DNA from: Promethearchaeota archaeon | GTDB taxonomy: Archaea > Asgardarchaeota > Lokiarchaeia > Sigyniarchaeales > SOKP01 | Reading direction: 5' to 3' | Assembly: GCA_048938895.1 (NCBI GenBank) | Contig: JBHLLU010000026.1 | Location: 1-57,577, forward strand | DNA: 57,577 nucleotides | Part shown: piece after piece, positions 9,744-20,130 of the stretch | Layout of the letters: the number at the start of each line of letters is the position of its first letter | How positions within the stretch are numbered: position 1 is the first letter of the stretch | Notes under the pieces: generated by a model | The model's input: the letters and a program-made list of their open reading frames with translations, nothing else | The model's database searches: none | What the model was told of the DNA's origin: nothing | Made by a program: the position numbers and the translations under genes

Positions 9744-10592
9744 TTAGCGATAATGCTTTTCAAGCCAGACATACATATCTTGATATACTTGGATTCTTCC
9801 CTTTTCATTCCATAATTCATGTAGAAAACCAGGGTAATCTTTGTATGTTTTATCTTCACTTCTCACTTTTTTAAAGAATTCTTTTGTTTTAGAAGCATCT
9901 GCTATTTTGTCTGAACCCGCTTGCATTAACAATGTTGGACAGAGGAGATTTGATGCATTATCTATTGCCCATTTTGAAAAATGATCGATATCGGTGGCAG
10001 ATTTTACAGACATGACATTAATTTTATTCTTGTCAGCAACATATTGTCTTAATATTTTTAAATCACTTGTTAATTGATTTTGATCTATGATATAATCTAA
10101 CATCTTATTAGGGGATAATTTAGTAATAGTTTTAGATATAGATTTTATCACTTTTTTACCAAGTGATAATTTCAAGTACATTCCTAACAATGGCGATGAA
10201 ACCAGTATTCCTGGTAAATTTGGATGGTTAATTGCAAAAATTAAACTAATTAAACCTCCAAAAGAATGACCCATTATAAAAATCTTTTTCTCCTGGGCAA
10301 ATTCTTTAATAAAATCCATAAAAAGAAGAGTATCTTTTAGGATATGATCTAGACTGTCGATATGCCCAGGCATATTTCCTGTATTTTTCCCGTGCCCTCT
10401 TAAATCAAAAGCATAAATAGCATAACCGTTACTTGTTAAATATTCCGAAATGTTTTTTAATCTATCAGAAGAAGTCCCCCATCCGTGAAGAGCTATAATA
10501 TAAGCCTTAATCTCCCCAGAATCAGGTAGCCAAGATTGAAAAAACAATTTTTTTAATTCTCTCCCTTCAAAAAATCCAGTTTCATTTCTCAT
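9744..10592 (-). CDS. Alpha/beta hydrolase, lysophospholipase/monoacylglycerol lipase family
   Basis: LHGWG, DLRGHG, GHSFGG nucleophile elbow, catalytic D and HEL..E. Confidence 0.88.
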   Translation of the reverse strand: MRNETGFFEGRELKKLFFQSWLPDSGEIKAYIIALHGWGTSSDRLKNISEYLTSNGYAIYAFDLRGHGKNTGNMPGHIDSLDHILKDTLLFMDFIKEFAQEKKIFIMGHSFGGLISLIFAINHPNLPGILVSSPLLGMYLKLSLGKKVIKSISKTITKLSPNKMLDYIIDQNQLTSDLKILRQYVADKNKINVMSVKSATDIDHFSKWAIDNASNLLCPTLLMQAGSDKIADASKTKEFFKKVRSEDKTYKDYPGFLHELWNEKGRIQVYQDMYVWLEKHYR

Positions 10593-10762
10593 GATTACAT
10601 CACATAATTCATAGTTTTTAATATCTTTTTCTGCTTAATATTATTTTTCTTGACGGATTTTTCAATTTCTTTGCATTTTCTCGTTAGATGCATAGAAGAA
10701 GTTTAAAAAAATTTTATATTTTTCCATAAACTTCATAATAAATAGTAATTGTGTAATTTACC

Positions 10763-11362
10763 ATGGCAATTCATATGAATGAGTCTGAAAATATAGAAAT
10801 TATTATTCATGGAAGAGGAGGTCAAGGTGCTGTTACTGCTTGTGAAATAATTGCTGAAGCAGCATATCTAAGCGGAAATTTTGTTGACGTGCATGCGTAT
10901 CCATCCTTTGGGGCTGAAAGACGAGGTGCTCCAGTTCAAGCGTATGCGAAACTTTCCAAAACGGATATTATTTGGGATAGAGCGCAAATAGAAGAGCCAA
11001 ATGTGTTAATTGTATTTGATGAATCTGTTCTAAATCAAGAAATCGCCTCATCGCTTAGACAGGGGGGAATTTTTATTATTAATTCTGAAAAAGATCCTGA
11101 ATATTTTGTAGATAGATATAAATTAAAAAGCCAATTAAAAATTGTTGTTGCTGACATTAGCAAATTAGCTTTAGAGAAAAACCTTACTATTGATGGAAAT
11201 CCTGTTATTAATACCCCTATATTAGGTTTGCTTTCAAAAGCTGTTCCAGATTTAAATCTTAATAATTTAAAAAAAGTAGTTCTTAAACGTTTAGGTCAAA
11301 AGATAGGAACTCTAAACTATGAATTAATAGAAGAAGGGTATAATCTGGCTAAAATACTGTAA
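10763..11362 (+). CDS. porC: Pyruvate/2-oxoacid:ferredoxin oxidoreductase gamma subunit
   Basis: HGRGGQGAVT, PSFGAERRGAPV, NTPILG. Confidence 0.92.
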   Translation: MAIHMNESENIEIIIHGRGGQGAVTACEIIAEAAYLSGNFVDVHAYPSFGAERRGAPVQAYAKLSKTDIIWDRAQIEEPNVLIVFDESVLNQEIASSLRQGGIFIINSEKDPEYFVDRYKLKSQLKIVVADISKLALEKNLTIDGNPVINTPILGLLSKAVPDLNLNNLKKVVLKRLGQKIGTLNYELIEEGYNLAKIL

Positions 11363-11377
11363 ATAGAACACTTAAGT

Positions 11378-12907
11378 TCATTTAATTGGTAATTGAACAA
11401 TAAAGGTAGATCCTTTACCTCTACCCTCTGATTCTGCTCTTATGGTACCATTATGTATAATAACAATTTCCTTTGATATGAACAAACCAAGACCAGAACC
11501 CTGAATATCAACATATTCCAAACCATCTCCATATCTCTCTATCTTTCCGAATCTGGTAAAAATTATATCCATTTCTTCCTGAGTTAAACCAATTCCGGTA
11601 TCTATAACAGCAATCTCAATCCAATCTTTCTTTTCTATTAAAACTATAGTGATTGTTCCTTGAGGTGGTGTATTTTTTATAGCGTTTAGTAATAAATTAG
11701 TGAGGACCTGCTCGATTCTGAGTCTGTCAATATTTATATATATATCAAGAGGAACTTCGAGAATGAGATTTAGATCCCTTTCTTTTAATAAGAATTTCAT
11801 TTCTTCTGAACAGTCCTTAATAACAGCTGAGATATTTGTTGGGCTTTTCTCTAGTTTAAATTTATTATATTCTATTCGGGTAATATCCAATAAATTATTT
11901 ACTAAATGGTTTAGTCTTTTTCCTCCTTTTTGAATCATTTGAATTAATTCTAACACATCATCACTCAATTTTTCTTTAAAAACACTTAAAAGCAGTTCTG
12001 AACTTGCAAATACAGAAACGAGTGGAGTTTTCAACTCATGAGAAACCCTCGAAATCAAATCTTTTCTTAATTGGTCTAGTTCCTTTAGCTTTTTGATTTC
12101 TTCTTTTATCAAGAGATCTGCCTCCTTCCGTTTTGTGATATCGTTAAGCATCACTTGCACCATTGTTTGATTTCCAATCTTTACCAAAGATGCCTGAAGA
12201 TTTGCCCAAATTAAGGATCCATCTTTTTTATATAATTTGATATCTATTCGGTGTAGCACTTCACCTTTTATAAACCTGCTAAATAAATTGATTAAAATCG
12301 GAAGAAAATCTGGATGGATTAAAGTAAGATCTCTAAACTTTTTATCCTGTAACTCTTCTTTTTTATAACCCACTAAATTTTCAGAAGCAGGACTACTATC
12401 AATAATTTTCCCTTCTGAATTGAGTAAAATGATTGCAAAAGGAGAATCTTCAAAAAGATATCTATATTTTTCTTCAGATTCTTTTAGTTTTTGCTCTGCT
12501 AATTTTTGTTCAGTGATGTCATTTCCGATCCCTAAAATAGCATAAATTTTATCATTTCTTTTTAGGGGAATGCCATAGGTTTCAACGTATATATAGCTCC
12601 CATTTTTTGTTTTAAGCATATACTCACTACGCTTTGTTTGTCTTCCATTTTTTCTTATTTCATTTGTAACTTTTAAAGCTTTCATTAAATTTTCTTCATC
12701 AAGCAAATCAATAAAAGAGATGTTCGGGATTTCAACTCTGCTAAACCCTAGAGTTTTCAATGCAATTTCATTGGCATCTAAAAAATTTCCTTTAGTATCA
12801 TGGACATAAATTAGATCTAAAGAAAATTCAAACAAGTCTCTATATTTTTCTCTTATTTCCTCTCGGTTATATTTCATATAACTCTCACATTTAGACCTAA
12901 TTATCAA
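11378..12907 (-). CDS. Soluble sensor histidine kinase with two PAS domains
   Basis: PAS/PAC repeats ending in DITE/DITK; H-box SHELKTPL, N-box NLLLNAIK, DTGIG, GSGLGL, GSTF. Confidence 0.93.
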   Translation of the reverse strand: MIIRSKCESYMKYNREEIREKYRDLFEFSLDLIYVHDTKGNFLDANEIALKTLGFSRVEIPNISFIDLLDEENLMKALKVTNEIRKNGRQTKRSEYMLKTKNGSYIYVETYGIPLKRNDKIYAILGIGNDITEQKLAEQKLKESEEKYRYLFEDSPFAIILLNSEGKIIDSSPASENLVGYKKEELQDKKFRDLTLIHPDFLPILINLFSRFIKGEVLHRIDIKLYKKDGSLIWANLQASLVKIGNQTMVQVMLNDITKRKEADLLIKEEIKKLKELDQLRKDLISRVSHELKTPLVSVFASSELLLSVFKEKLSDDVLELIQMIQKGGKRLNHLVNNLLDITRIEYNKFKLEKSPTNISAVIKDCSEEMKFLLKERDLNLILEVPLDIYINIDRLRIEQVLTNLLLNAIKNTPPQGTITIVLIEKKDWIEIAVIDTGIGLTQEEMDIIFTRFGKIERYGDGLEYVDIQGSGLGLFISKEIVIIHNGTIRAESEGRGKGSTFIVQLPIK

Positions 12908-15581
12908 TTGGTAATTTCATTGTAAATATGCTTCCTTTTCCTCTCCCTTCCGATTCTGCCCAGATTTGACCGTTATGTAGGTTAACAATTTCTTTTGAAA
13001 TAAACAACCCAAGACCTGAACCCTGGATATCTATAAATTCTAAACCCTCTCCATATCTTTCAATCTTTCCGAATCTGGTAAATATTCTAGACATTTCCTC
13101 TCGTGTTAAACCTATACCAGTGTCGCTAACTGATATTTCCGCCCAACCTTCCTTTCGACTCAAACTGATTTTTATTTTTCCATTTGGAGCAGTATTTTTG
13201 ATAGCGTTTGATAAAAGATTTAAAATTACATGTTCTATTCTGATTTTATCAATATTTATTATTAATTCATCAGGAATTTTAAGCTCAAGCTCGATTTCTC
13301 GTTGTTTAATCAAATACATAAGTTCATTTGAGCATTCCTTTATTATATCACCTAAATTAGTACGGTTTTTTACTAATTCAAACTTCTTATATTCAATACG
13401 CGTAATATCTAAAAGGTTGTCTACTAAATATTTTAATCTCGTTCCTCCTTTTTCAATCATCCTAATTAATTCTTTATATTCTTCCTTTATGTCATCTTGA
13501 AATAATTCCAAAAGTAATTCAGATGCACCACACACAGAAACAAGAGGTGTTTTTAATTCATGTGATACTCTTGAAATTAGGTCTTTTCTTATTTGGTCTA
13601 ATTCCTTCAATTTTTGAATTTCTTGTTCTACTAATAGATCCGCCTTTTTTCGTTCAGTTACATCATGAAGAATGGCTTGAACTAAAATCTCATTCCCTAG
13701 ATTCACTAGAGTGGTTTGATAATTAATCCAAACTAATTCTCCATTCTTTCTGTAAAATTCAGCATCAAATGGGGGTAAATTAACTCCTTTAAATAGATTT
13801 TTAAATCTTTCATTCATCAAAGGTATATATTTTGGATGAATGGCTTGAAGGTTTCGAAATTCAATCCCAATTAATTCGTCTACACTGTACCCCAACAACT
13901 TTTCGACTGCAGGATTGCAGTATACTAATTTCCCTTGGGGATTAATAAGAGTTATTGAAAATGGAACAGATTCAAACAAATTTCGATATCTTAGCTCAGA
14001 TTCTTTTAGTTTTTGCTCCAGTTCAAATTTTTCGGTAATATCTGATATTAAACCTTGAATTTTAATCGGATCATTCTCGAATTCTTTGATAAGATGAGAA
14101 TTTAGTTGTAATACAATATTTTGCCCATTTTTTGTTTTTGAGTGGACGATATAGTTTTTCACAAAACCATAATTTTCTAAATCAGTCAAATATTTATCTC
14201 TTTCAATAGGCTCTTGCCAAAATTGTTTTACATTTACAGTTGAGATATCTTCGTTCGGTTTAAAACCTAAAATACGTTTAAATGCGGGATTATAGCTTAA
14301 TAGATCACCCTCCCAATCTACTTGATAAAATCCCAAATCTAAATTATCAATCATATTTCGATATTTTTCTTCAGATTCTATTAGCTTTAATTCAGCTTCC
14401 TTACGAATGGTTATATCACGTACTTCTCCTTGGATAAATTTATTATCACCGATTGTAAAAAGACTAGAAGAAACTTCTGCCGGAAAAATATTTCCATTTT
14501 TTTTTTTAAAATATATTTCAAATCTAACAACTCCTTTTTTAGCGACCTGTTCAAATGCTTTTTTAGACTCCACAAGTTCACTTGCAGGATGCAATTGGCT
14601 AATATTCATGGATATAATTTCCGGTCGTGTATACCCAAATTGCTCTAATACTTTTTGATTCACATCTATTATATTACCTTCAAGATCATGTACAAAAATC
14701 CCGTCATTAGAATGATGGAATAATATACCATATTTTTCCTGAGATTCTTCTAACTCTTTTGTTCTTAACCTAACTTTTTGTGTCAGTTCAATTTTAAACT
14801 TCTCTTCTAAATCTTCTTCTTTCTTTCTTTCAGTTATATCTCGCACAATTCCATAGAAGCCTACTTTTTTCCCTGCAGAATCATATTTCAGATATACTGA
14901 AGTTTCAAAAAATCCTTTCTCTCCATTTTTCCTTATTATTGGGAATTGAAATATATTTTGACGAACTTCTGTTCGAAAAACTTTATTATATGTTTTATAA
15001 ACTAAGTTCTTTGTTTTCTTATCGGTGGTAATAGCATAATTCTTAGATAATAATTCATCTTTTGAATATCCTAGGAATTTACATAATGCTTCATTAGCAT
15101 ATGTGTAATTACCATTTAAATCGACTTCATAATAGCCTTCTTTAATATTTTCTATTATGCTTTGATATTTCTCTTTTGAATCTTTTAATGATAGTTCATT
15201 TAATTTCTTTTCTGAGATATTTCTTGCAATTAAGAGAAATTGTTTTACACCTGTTATATTTTCAACAGATTTAACCTTCACTTCAAACCATATTTTCCAG
15301 CCATCTTTATGAATAAGTTGAATATCAGCAAAATTCTCACCTTGATCATTTAGATTATAAATAAATTCTGGGAACTCCTCACTATCTCCATTAGAGATAA
15401 TTAAATTGAACTTTTTGTTAATTAAATCTTCATTCGAATAACTTAAATTTTCTAAAAACGGTTTTTCATTAATATATTCGAATTCGAGGTTATTATTTAA
15501 AATACAGATTAAATCTTTTACCTCATTAGACATCAAATACAATATTTCATTGGAAATTATCATGTTTATCGCTAAATTCAA
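12897..15581 (-). CDS. Soluble sensor histidine kinase with about five PAS domains
   Basis: Repeated PAS/PAC units; SHELKTPL, NLLSNAIK, DTGIG, GSGLGL. Confidence 0.93.
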   Translation of the reverse strand: MNLAINMIISNEILYLMSNEVKDLICILNNNLEFEYINEKPFLENLSYSNEDLINKKFNLIISNGDSEEFPEFIYNLNDQGENFADIQLIHKDGWKIWFEVKVKSVENITGVKQFLLIARNISEKKLNELSLKDSKEKYQSIIENIKEGYYEVDLNGNYTYANEALCKFLGYSKDELLSKNYAITTDKKTKNLVYKTYNKVFRTEVRQNIFQFPIIRKNGEKGFFETSVYLKYDSAGKKVGFYGIVRDITERKKEEDLEEKFKIELTQKVRLRTKELEESQEKYGILFHHSNDGIFVHDLEGNIIDVNQKVLEQFGYTRPEIISMNISQLHPASELVESKKAFEQVAKKGVVRFEIYFKKKNGNIFPAEVSSSLFTIGDNKFIQGEVRDITIRKEAELKLIESEEKYRNMIDNLDLGFYQVDWEGDLLSYNPAFKRILGFKPNEDISTVNVKQFWQEPIERDKYLTDLENYGFVKNYIVHSKTKNGQNIVLQLNSHLIKEFENDPIKIQGLISDITEKFELEQKLKESELRYRNLFESVPFSITLINPQGKLVYCNPAVEKLLGYSVDELIGIEFRNLQAIHPKYIPLMNERFKNLFKGVNLPPFDAEFYRKNGELVWINYQTTLVNLGNEILVQAILHDVTERKKADLLVEQEIQKLKELDQIRKDLISRVSHELKTPLVSVCGASELLLELFQDDIKEEYKELIRMIEKGGTRLKYLVDNLLDITRIEYKKFELVKNRTNLGDIIKECSNELMYLIKQREIELELKIPDELIINIDKIRIEHVILNLLSNAIKNTAPNGKIKISLSRKEGWAEISVSDTGIGLTREEMSRIFTRFGKIERYGEGLEFIDIQGSGLGLFISKEIVNLHNGQIWAESEGRGKGSIFTMKLPIDN

Positions 15582-15850
15582 TAATTTTTCAGAATAACCC
15601 TTAAAAGGAACATATACCTCAAAAACAAATGCAATCTTGCGAGAGGTTATAAATTTTAATTATTAGATTAATGAAATATTTAGTATTTATTTTTAATTTA
15701 AAAGAAAGTATTATCCATTTTGTACAATTTCTCCGATAATCTAAACAGTTTTATAATACAATCGTTATTTTTATAAATCATAACAATTAAAAATTTGGAT
15801 AATTTGATTTTATACAAGATTCTGATTTTATTTTAAAGCTTGATGAATAG

Positions 15851-16153
15851 ATGACAAACTCAAAAAAAAAAAAATATTATAAAATTTTAGGTTCTGTTCA
15901 AAAACCGGTTATTGGGGAAGCAGGGCAAACGGGAACTTGGAGCCCTAAAAAACCAGTAATTAATTTAGAAAAATGCATCCCTGTTAAGTCAGGTAAACCT
16001 AGTTGTTTTAATTGTTGGCTATACTGTCCAGAAGCAGTGGTTACTAGAACTATTCCCCCACAAATAGATTACAATTATTGTAAAGGTTGTGGTATTTGCA
16101 TGGAAGAATGTCCTGTGAAAGCAATATCAATGGAAGAGGTGAAAAGTGAATGA
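15851..16153 (+). CDS. porD: Pyruvate/2-oxoacid:ferredoxin oxidoreductase delta subunit (ferredoxin)
   Basis: TGTW..KP, CFNCWLYCP, DYNYCKGCGICMEECP. Confidence 0.92.
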   Translation: MTNSKKKKYYKILGSVQKPVIGEAGQTGTWSPKKPVINLEKCIPVKSGKPSCFNCWLYCPEAVVTRTIPPQIDYNYCKGCGICMEECPVKAISMEEVKSE

Positions 16154-17442
16154 CTATCATTGAAAACAAAGGATCAGTTATCAATGAAAACGTTATGATC
16201 TTAACTGGTAATCATGCCGCAGCACATGCATTTAGACAGACAAGAGTAGGTGTTGTTTCAGCTTATCCTATTACACCTCAAAGCCCTGTTGTGGAAAAAA
16301 TTGCTGAATTTATAGCCGAAGGCAAACTCAATGCAAGATTCGTAAAAGTTGAGTCTGAACATAGCGCAATGGCAGTTTTATGTGCTGCTTCAGCCACAGG
16401 ATCTAGAGTAGGAACAGCAACATCAGCGCATGGCTTAGAATTAATGTATGAAATGCTTCCATGGGCTTCAGGGAATCGATTGCCTATTGTCCTTAATTTA
16501 GCAACTAGAAGCTTAGGAGCACCATGGTCAGTATGGACCGACCATCAAGATTTTGTTACGATTCGAGATGTAGGATGGATTCAATTATTTTGTGAAAATA
16601 ATCAGGAAATTTATGATACAAACCTGCAAGCTTTTAAAATTGCGGAAGATCGAAGAGTTTCTCTTCCTATAGTATGTGCCTATGATGGTTATGTTCTTTC
16701 CCATACTGCTATGCCTGTGAAATTAGAAGAGCAAGAAGATGTCGATGAGTTTATTCCTCCGCTTAAGCACCATATTAATTTATCCGACATTTCAACAATT
16801 AAGGGGATTGATCCTGTTACAACACCTCACATTGTTAAGCGAGAAGAAGGTATTGCTCCAGGATATTATGAATATAGATATGCCTTACAAAGAGCGATTG
16901 AGAATTCAATAGATATTATTAAAGAGGTTCACAATGAATTTTCTCAAAAGTTCGGACGATCTTACGGTAATGGTATTTTCAAAACTATTCAGACTGATGA
17001 TGCCGATACGATTATTTTTGGGATGGGCTCTGTAGCATCACAATCGAGAGTCGCACTTAAAAAACTTCGCTATGAAGGACTTAATGTGGGATTAGTAAGT
17101 TTAAAATTATTCCGTCCCTTTCCAGTACAAGATTTACAAGATTTTTTTCGGGATAAGGAAAATATCATTGTATTTGATAGAGATATCGGGTATGGTTATG
17201 AAGGAGTCTTATCGTATGAATTAAAAGCGGCTCTTTATGGATTAAAAAACCAACCAAATATAAAAGGTTTTATCGTTGGATTAGGAGGAAGAGATGTTAA
17301 AACAGAACATATAATATCTGGTGTATATAAAGCTCTAGATGAGTTTAAAGAGGGCATCTTCACTAATAGAACTGAATATTTAGGATTAAGATTGGATGAA
17401 TTGGGAGATTATGATGAAGAAACTTACTTTGATGGAGGATAA
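16150..17442 (+). CDS. porA: Pyruvate/2-oxoacid:ferredoxin oxidoreductase alpha subunit
   Basis: AYPITPQS, VESEHSA, DGYVLSH, LFRPFP, GLGGRD; ATGA overlap with porD. Confidence 0.94.
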   Translation: MTIIENKGSVINENVMILTGNHAAAHAFRQTRVGVVSAYPITPQSPVVEKIAEFIAEGKLNARFVKVESEHSAMAVLCAASATGSRVGTATSAHGLELMYEMLPWASGNRLPIVLNLATRSLGAPWSVWTDHQDFVTIRDVGWIQLFCENNQEIYDTNLQAFKIAEDRRVSLPIVCAYDGYVLSHTAMPVKLEEQEDVDEFIPPLKHHINLSDISTIKGIDPVTTPHIVKREEGIAPGYYEYRYALQRAIENSIDIIKEVHNEFSQKFGRSYGNGIFKTIQTDDADTIIFGMGSVASQSRVALKKLRYEGLNVGLVSLKLFRPFPVQDLQDFFRDKENIIVFDRDIGYGYEGVLSYELKAALYGLKNQPNIKGFIVGLGGRDVKTEHIISGVYKALDEFKEGIFTNRTEYLGLRLDELGDYDEETYFDGG

Positions 17443-17448
17443 AATATA

Positions 17449-18348
17449 ATGGTTAACGTAATGGATATACCTGAAGAGGAATATATTTATCCTGGGACTC
17501 GTGCTTGTGCGGGGTGCGGTATGGCTTTAATATATAGGATGGCACTCAAGGCTCTAGGTCCTAAAACAATTATAACGGTACCTGCTTCTTGTTTAACCGT
17601 TTTACATGGGATGCAGGGATTCTGTACAACAAAGATCTCGGTTTATCATACTCCATTTGCAACCACAGGAGCATCAGCATCTGGTATATTAGCCTCTTTA
17701 GAAGATAAAGGTTTAGCTGACGAAATTAATGTTCTTGCCTTTGCAGGAGATGGAGGTACCACAGATATAGGAGTACAAGCATTAAGTGGTGCTGTGGAAA
17801 GAGGGACTAATTTTATTTATGCGTGTTATGATAATGAAGCATATATGAATACTGGAGTTCAGCGGAGCGGTTCAACACCATTAGGTGTCCAAACTACAAC
17901 AACTCCAGGAGGAAAATTAGTACATAAGAAAAATATGCCTAAAATATTAGAAGCACATGGAATTCCTTATGTTGCTACAGCTAACGCTGCTTATCCACTT
18001 GATCTCTATGAGAAATTCAAGCGCGCAAAAGAAATAAAGGGACCAAAGTATTTTCACATTTTATCACCCTGTCCTCCTGGATGGGGTTATGACCCAAAAG
18101 ACACAATGTTAATTGGTAGACTTGCAAATGAAACTGGATTTTGGCCACTTTATGAGGTTATTGATGGTACATTTATTTTATCGAATCCAAGTAAACGATA
18201 CTTAGAATCATCGAAAAGAAAGCCGATTACAGAATATTTAAGAACCCAAAAACGGTTCAGTTCAATTGATGAAACCACAGTAAAGGTATATGAGAAATAT
18301 ATTGAAACCATGTGGGATGATATCAAAAAAAGACTTGAAACACAATAA
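17449..18348 (+). CDS. porB: Pyruvate/2-oxoacid:ferredoxin oxidoreductase beta subunit
   Basis: ACAGCG, TPP-binding GDGG...DNEAYMNTGVQRS, SPCPPGW. Confidence 0.94.
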   Translation: MVNVMDIPEEEYIYPGTRACAGCGMALIYRMALKALGPKTIITVPASCLTVLHGMQGFCTTKISVYHTPFATTGASASGILASLEDKGLADEINVLAFAGDGGTTDIGVQALSGAVERGTNFIYACYDNEAYMNTGVQRSGSTPLGVQTTTTPGGKLVHKKNMPKILEAHGIPYVATANAAYPLDLYEKFKRAKEIKGPKYFHILSPCPPGWGYDPKDTMLIGRLANETGFWPLYEVIDGTFILSNPSKRYLESSKRKPITEYLRTQKRFSSIDETTVKVYEKYIETMWDDIKKRLETQ

Positions 18349-18440
18349 TTCTTAATTCTCCTCTTTTATATTTATTCTTTTTGTTATAATTTAATAGAAA
18401 AAAATAAAAATCAGAGTTAGTTAAGATAATTAGAAATTAT

Positions 18441-19223
18441 ATGCTTAGAACATTTATTTTCGACGATTCAAAACTACATTGGGTAGAAGAAAATCACCAT
18501 CTGTTTTCACAAGATATATGTGCATTGTTAGATGATGAGGAAGAAATTGTATATCTGTGGAGAGGAATAAAAGCAAGTAAAAAAAGGTTTAAAAAGGGGT
18601 ACAATCAAATAAAAGAGCTGATCTCTAGTTTTCCTGAGCTGGATTTGAATTTTATGATGGCAGAAAAAAACTTTCCGACCCAGGTAAAGGAGAAGATAGA
18701 TACTATGTTAGAATCAACTAAGGAAGAGAGAATTGGAAATCTTTTATTTAGCAGATTCATAACAATTCGCATTTTTTTTATTTCTTTATCATGTGTAGTA
18801 ATACTACCGATAATTTATACCCTAAGTTTGAGTTCTTCATTGTTATGGACAACTAATGGTGAAAATTATGAAGTAAGCAGTAATATTTTCCAATTATGGA
18901 TAGCTAATTCTAAAATCTTTACGATAATTATAATTATTTGCCTTAGTTTAAATTTACTTATAGGAGTCATTGAAAGTGAAAATCAGGTAATTGTTTTTTC
19001 CATTGTGGGTTTAATGATATGCGTGGGATTATTTATTTATATAAACTTTGATATTTACTTATTTTTATTTCAAGCAGGTTCAACCTCGACACGATACTTA
19101 ATATTAAGAAGAGATATATGGTACTTTATTATTATAATCATAAGCTCACTTCTCGTTTTTGAAATTCCAAATTTCGCGAAATTAATCGTATTTCTGAAAA
19201 AATACAAAAAATTCATTTTTTAG
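18441..19223 (+). CDS. Gelsolin-like N-terminal domain fused to about four transmembrane helices
   Basis: LFSQDICALLDDEEEIVYLWRGIKASKK resembles the gelsolin-repeat consensus (L.S.D.FILD....YxW.G..S); hydrophobic helices start at about aa 105. Confidence 0.55.
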   Translation: MLRTFIFDDSKLHWVEENHHLFSQDICALLDDEEEIVYLWRGIKASKKRFKKGYNQIKELISSFPELDLNFMMAEKNFPTQVKEKIDTMLESTKEERIGNLLFSRFITIRIFFISLSCVVILPIIYTLSLSSSLLWTTNGENYEVSSNIFQLWIANSKIFTIIIIICLSLNLLIGVIESENQVIVFSIVGLMICVGLFIYINFDIYLFLFQAGSTSTRYLILRRDIWYFIIIIISSLLVFEIPNFAKLIVFLKKYKKFIF

Positions 19224-19227
19224 GTGA

Positions 19228-20109
19228 TTGAGTGTGGAAGCCGCAAATCTCCTTACCGATCTGGAAAAGGAGGATTTTAGAATTCTGATGGCAATCGAGA
19301 TTGGGATGAAGAGATCTGAGTATGTTACCCTTTCCAATATCAAATTTTATTCAAGATACAAGATGGAAGAGACTCTCTTTCGCCTAAAAAAGGTACACAA
19401 ACTCGATCTAACCATAAGAGACGCATCAAAATATGAAATCGCTTACACATTAAATTCAAAAGCATATGATGTGCTTGCCTTACATACTTTAGTGGAAAGA
19501 AATGTGATTAGTCAATTAGGACCTCTAATTGGAAAAGGAAAAGAGTCTGATGTATATAGTTGCATTAATGATAATGGAAAAATCTTTGCCTTAAAATTCT
19601 ATCGTATGGGAAGAGCCAGTTTTAGAAATATTAAACGTTATAGGAACTTTATTGGTGATAGAGGACACCTTTCATGGCTTTATGTAAATAGGCTTGCTGC
19701 CAAACGCGAATTTAAGGCATTAACAAAAATTTATGAATTAAATTTAGATACTCCAAAACCAATTGCATATAATCGGCACGCAATTGTTATGTCTTATTTA
19801 AAGGGAAAAGAATTAGTATATTATAAACAAATTAATAAACCTAGTAAAATTTTTAACCGGATTATTAAACAAATAAAAAGTATTTATCAGAAAGCAAACA
19901 TGATTCACGGAGACTTAGGAGAATTCAACATAGTCTTGAGTGAACATGGAAAGATACTAATTATTGATTGGCTTCAATGGATTCCAACAGATCATCCTAA
20001 TGCGAAAACTATCCTTGAAAGAGATATTTTCAACATCTCTGAATATTTTAAAAAGAAATTCAATGTTGAGAGCGATGTGGATGAAATTCTCGCTGGTTTT
20101 TATGGATAA
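19228..20109 (+). CDS. rio2: RIO2-family atypical Ser/Thr kinase
   Basis: N-terminal winged helix (DFRILMAIE), GKGKESDVY, AKREF, IHGDLGEFNI, IIDWLQ. Confidence 0.93.
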   Translation: MSVEAANLLTDLEKEDFRILMAIEIGMKRSEYVTLSNIKFYSRYKMEETLFRLKKVHKLDLTIRDASKYEIAYTLNSKAYDVLALHTLVERNVISQLGPLIGKGKESDVYSCINDNGKIFALKFYRMGRASFRNIKRYRNFIGDRGHLSWLYVNRLAAKREFKALTKIYELNLDTPKPIAYNRHAIVMSYLKGKELVYYKQINKPSKIFNRIIKQIKSIYQKANMIHGDLGEFNIVLSEHGKILIIDWLQWIPTDHPNAKTILERDIFNISEYFKKKFNVESDVDEILAGFYG

Positions 20110-20130
20110 AAAGAAAAGAGAATATTGATC

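Noticed and set aside
2534-14658. Short alternative ORFs (2534, 3353, 3577, 3987, 7875, 11700, 13120, 13523, 14407, 14430)
   Set aside because: Antisense or out-of-frame shadows of well-supported genes, with no recognisable motifs.
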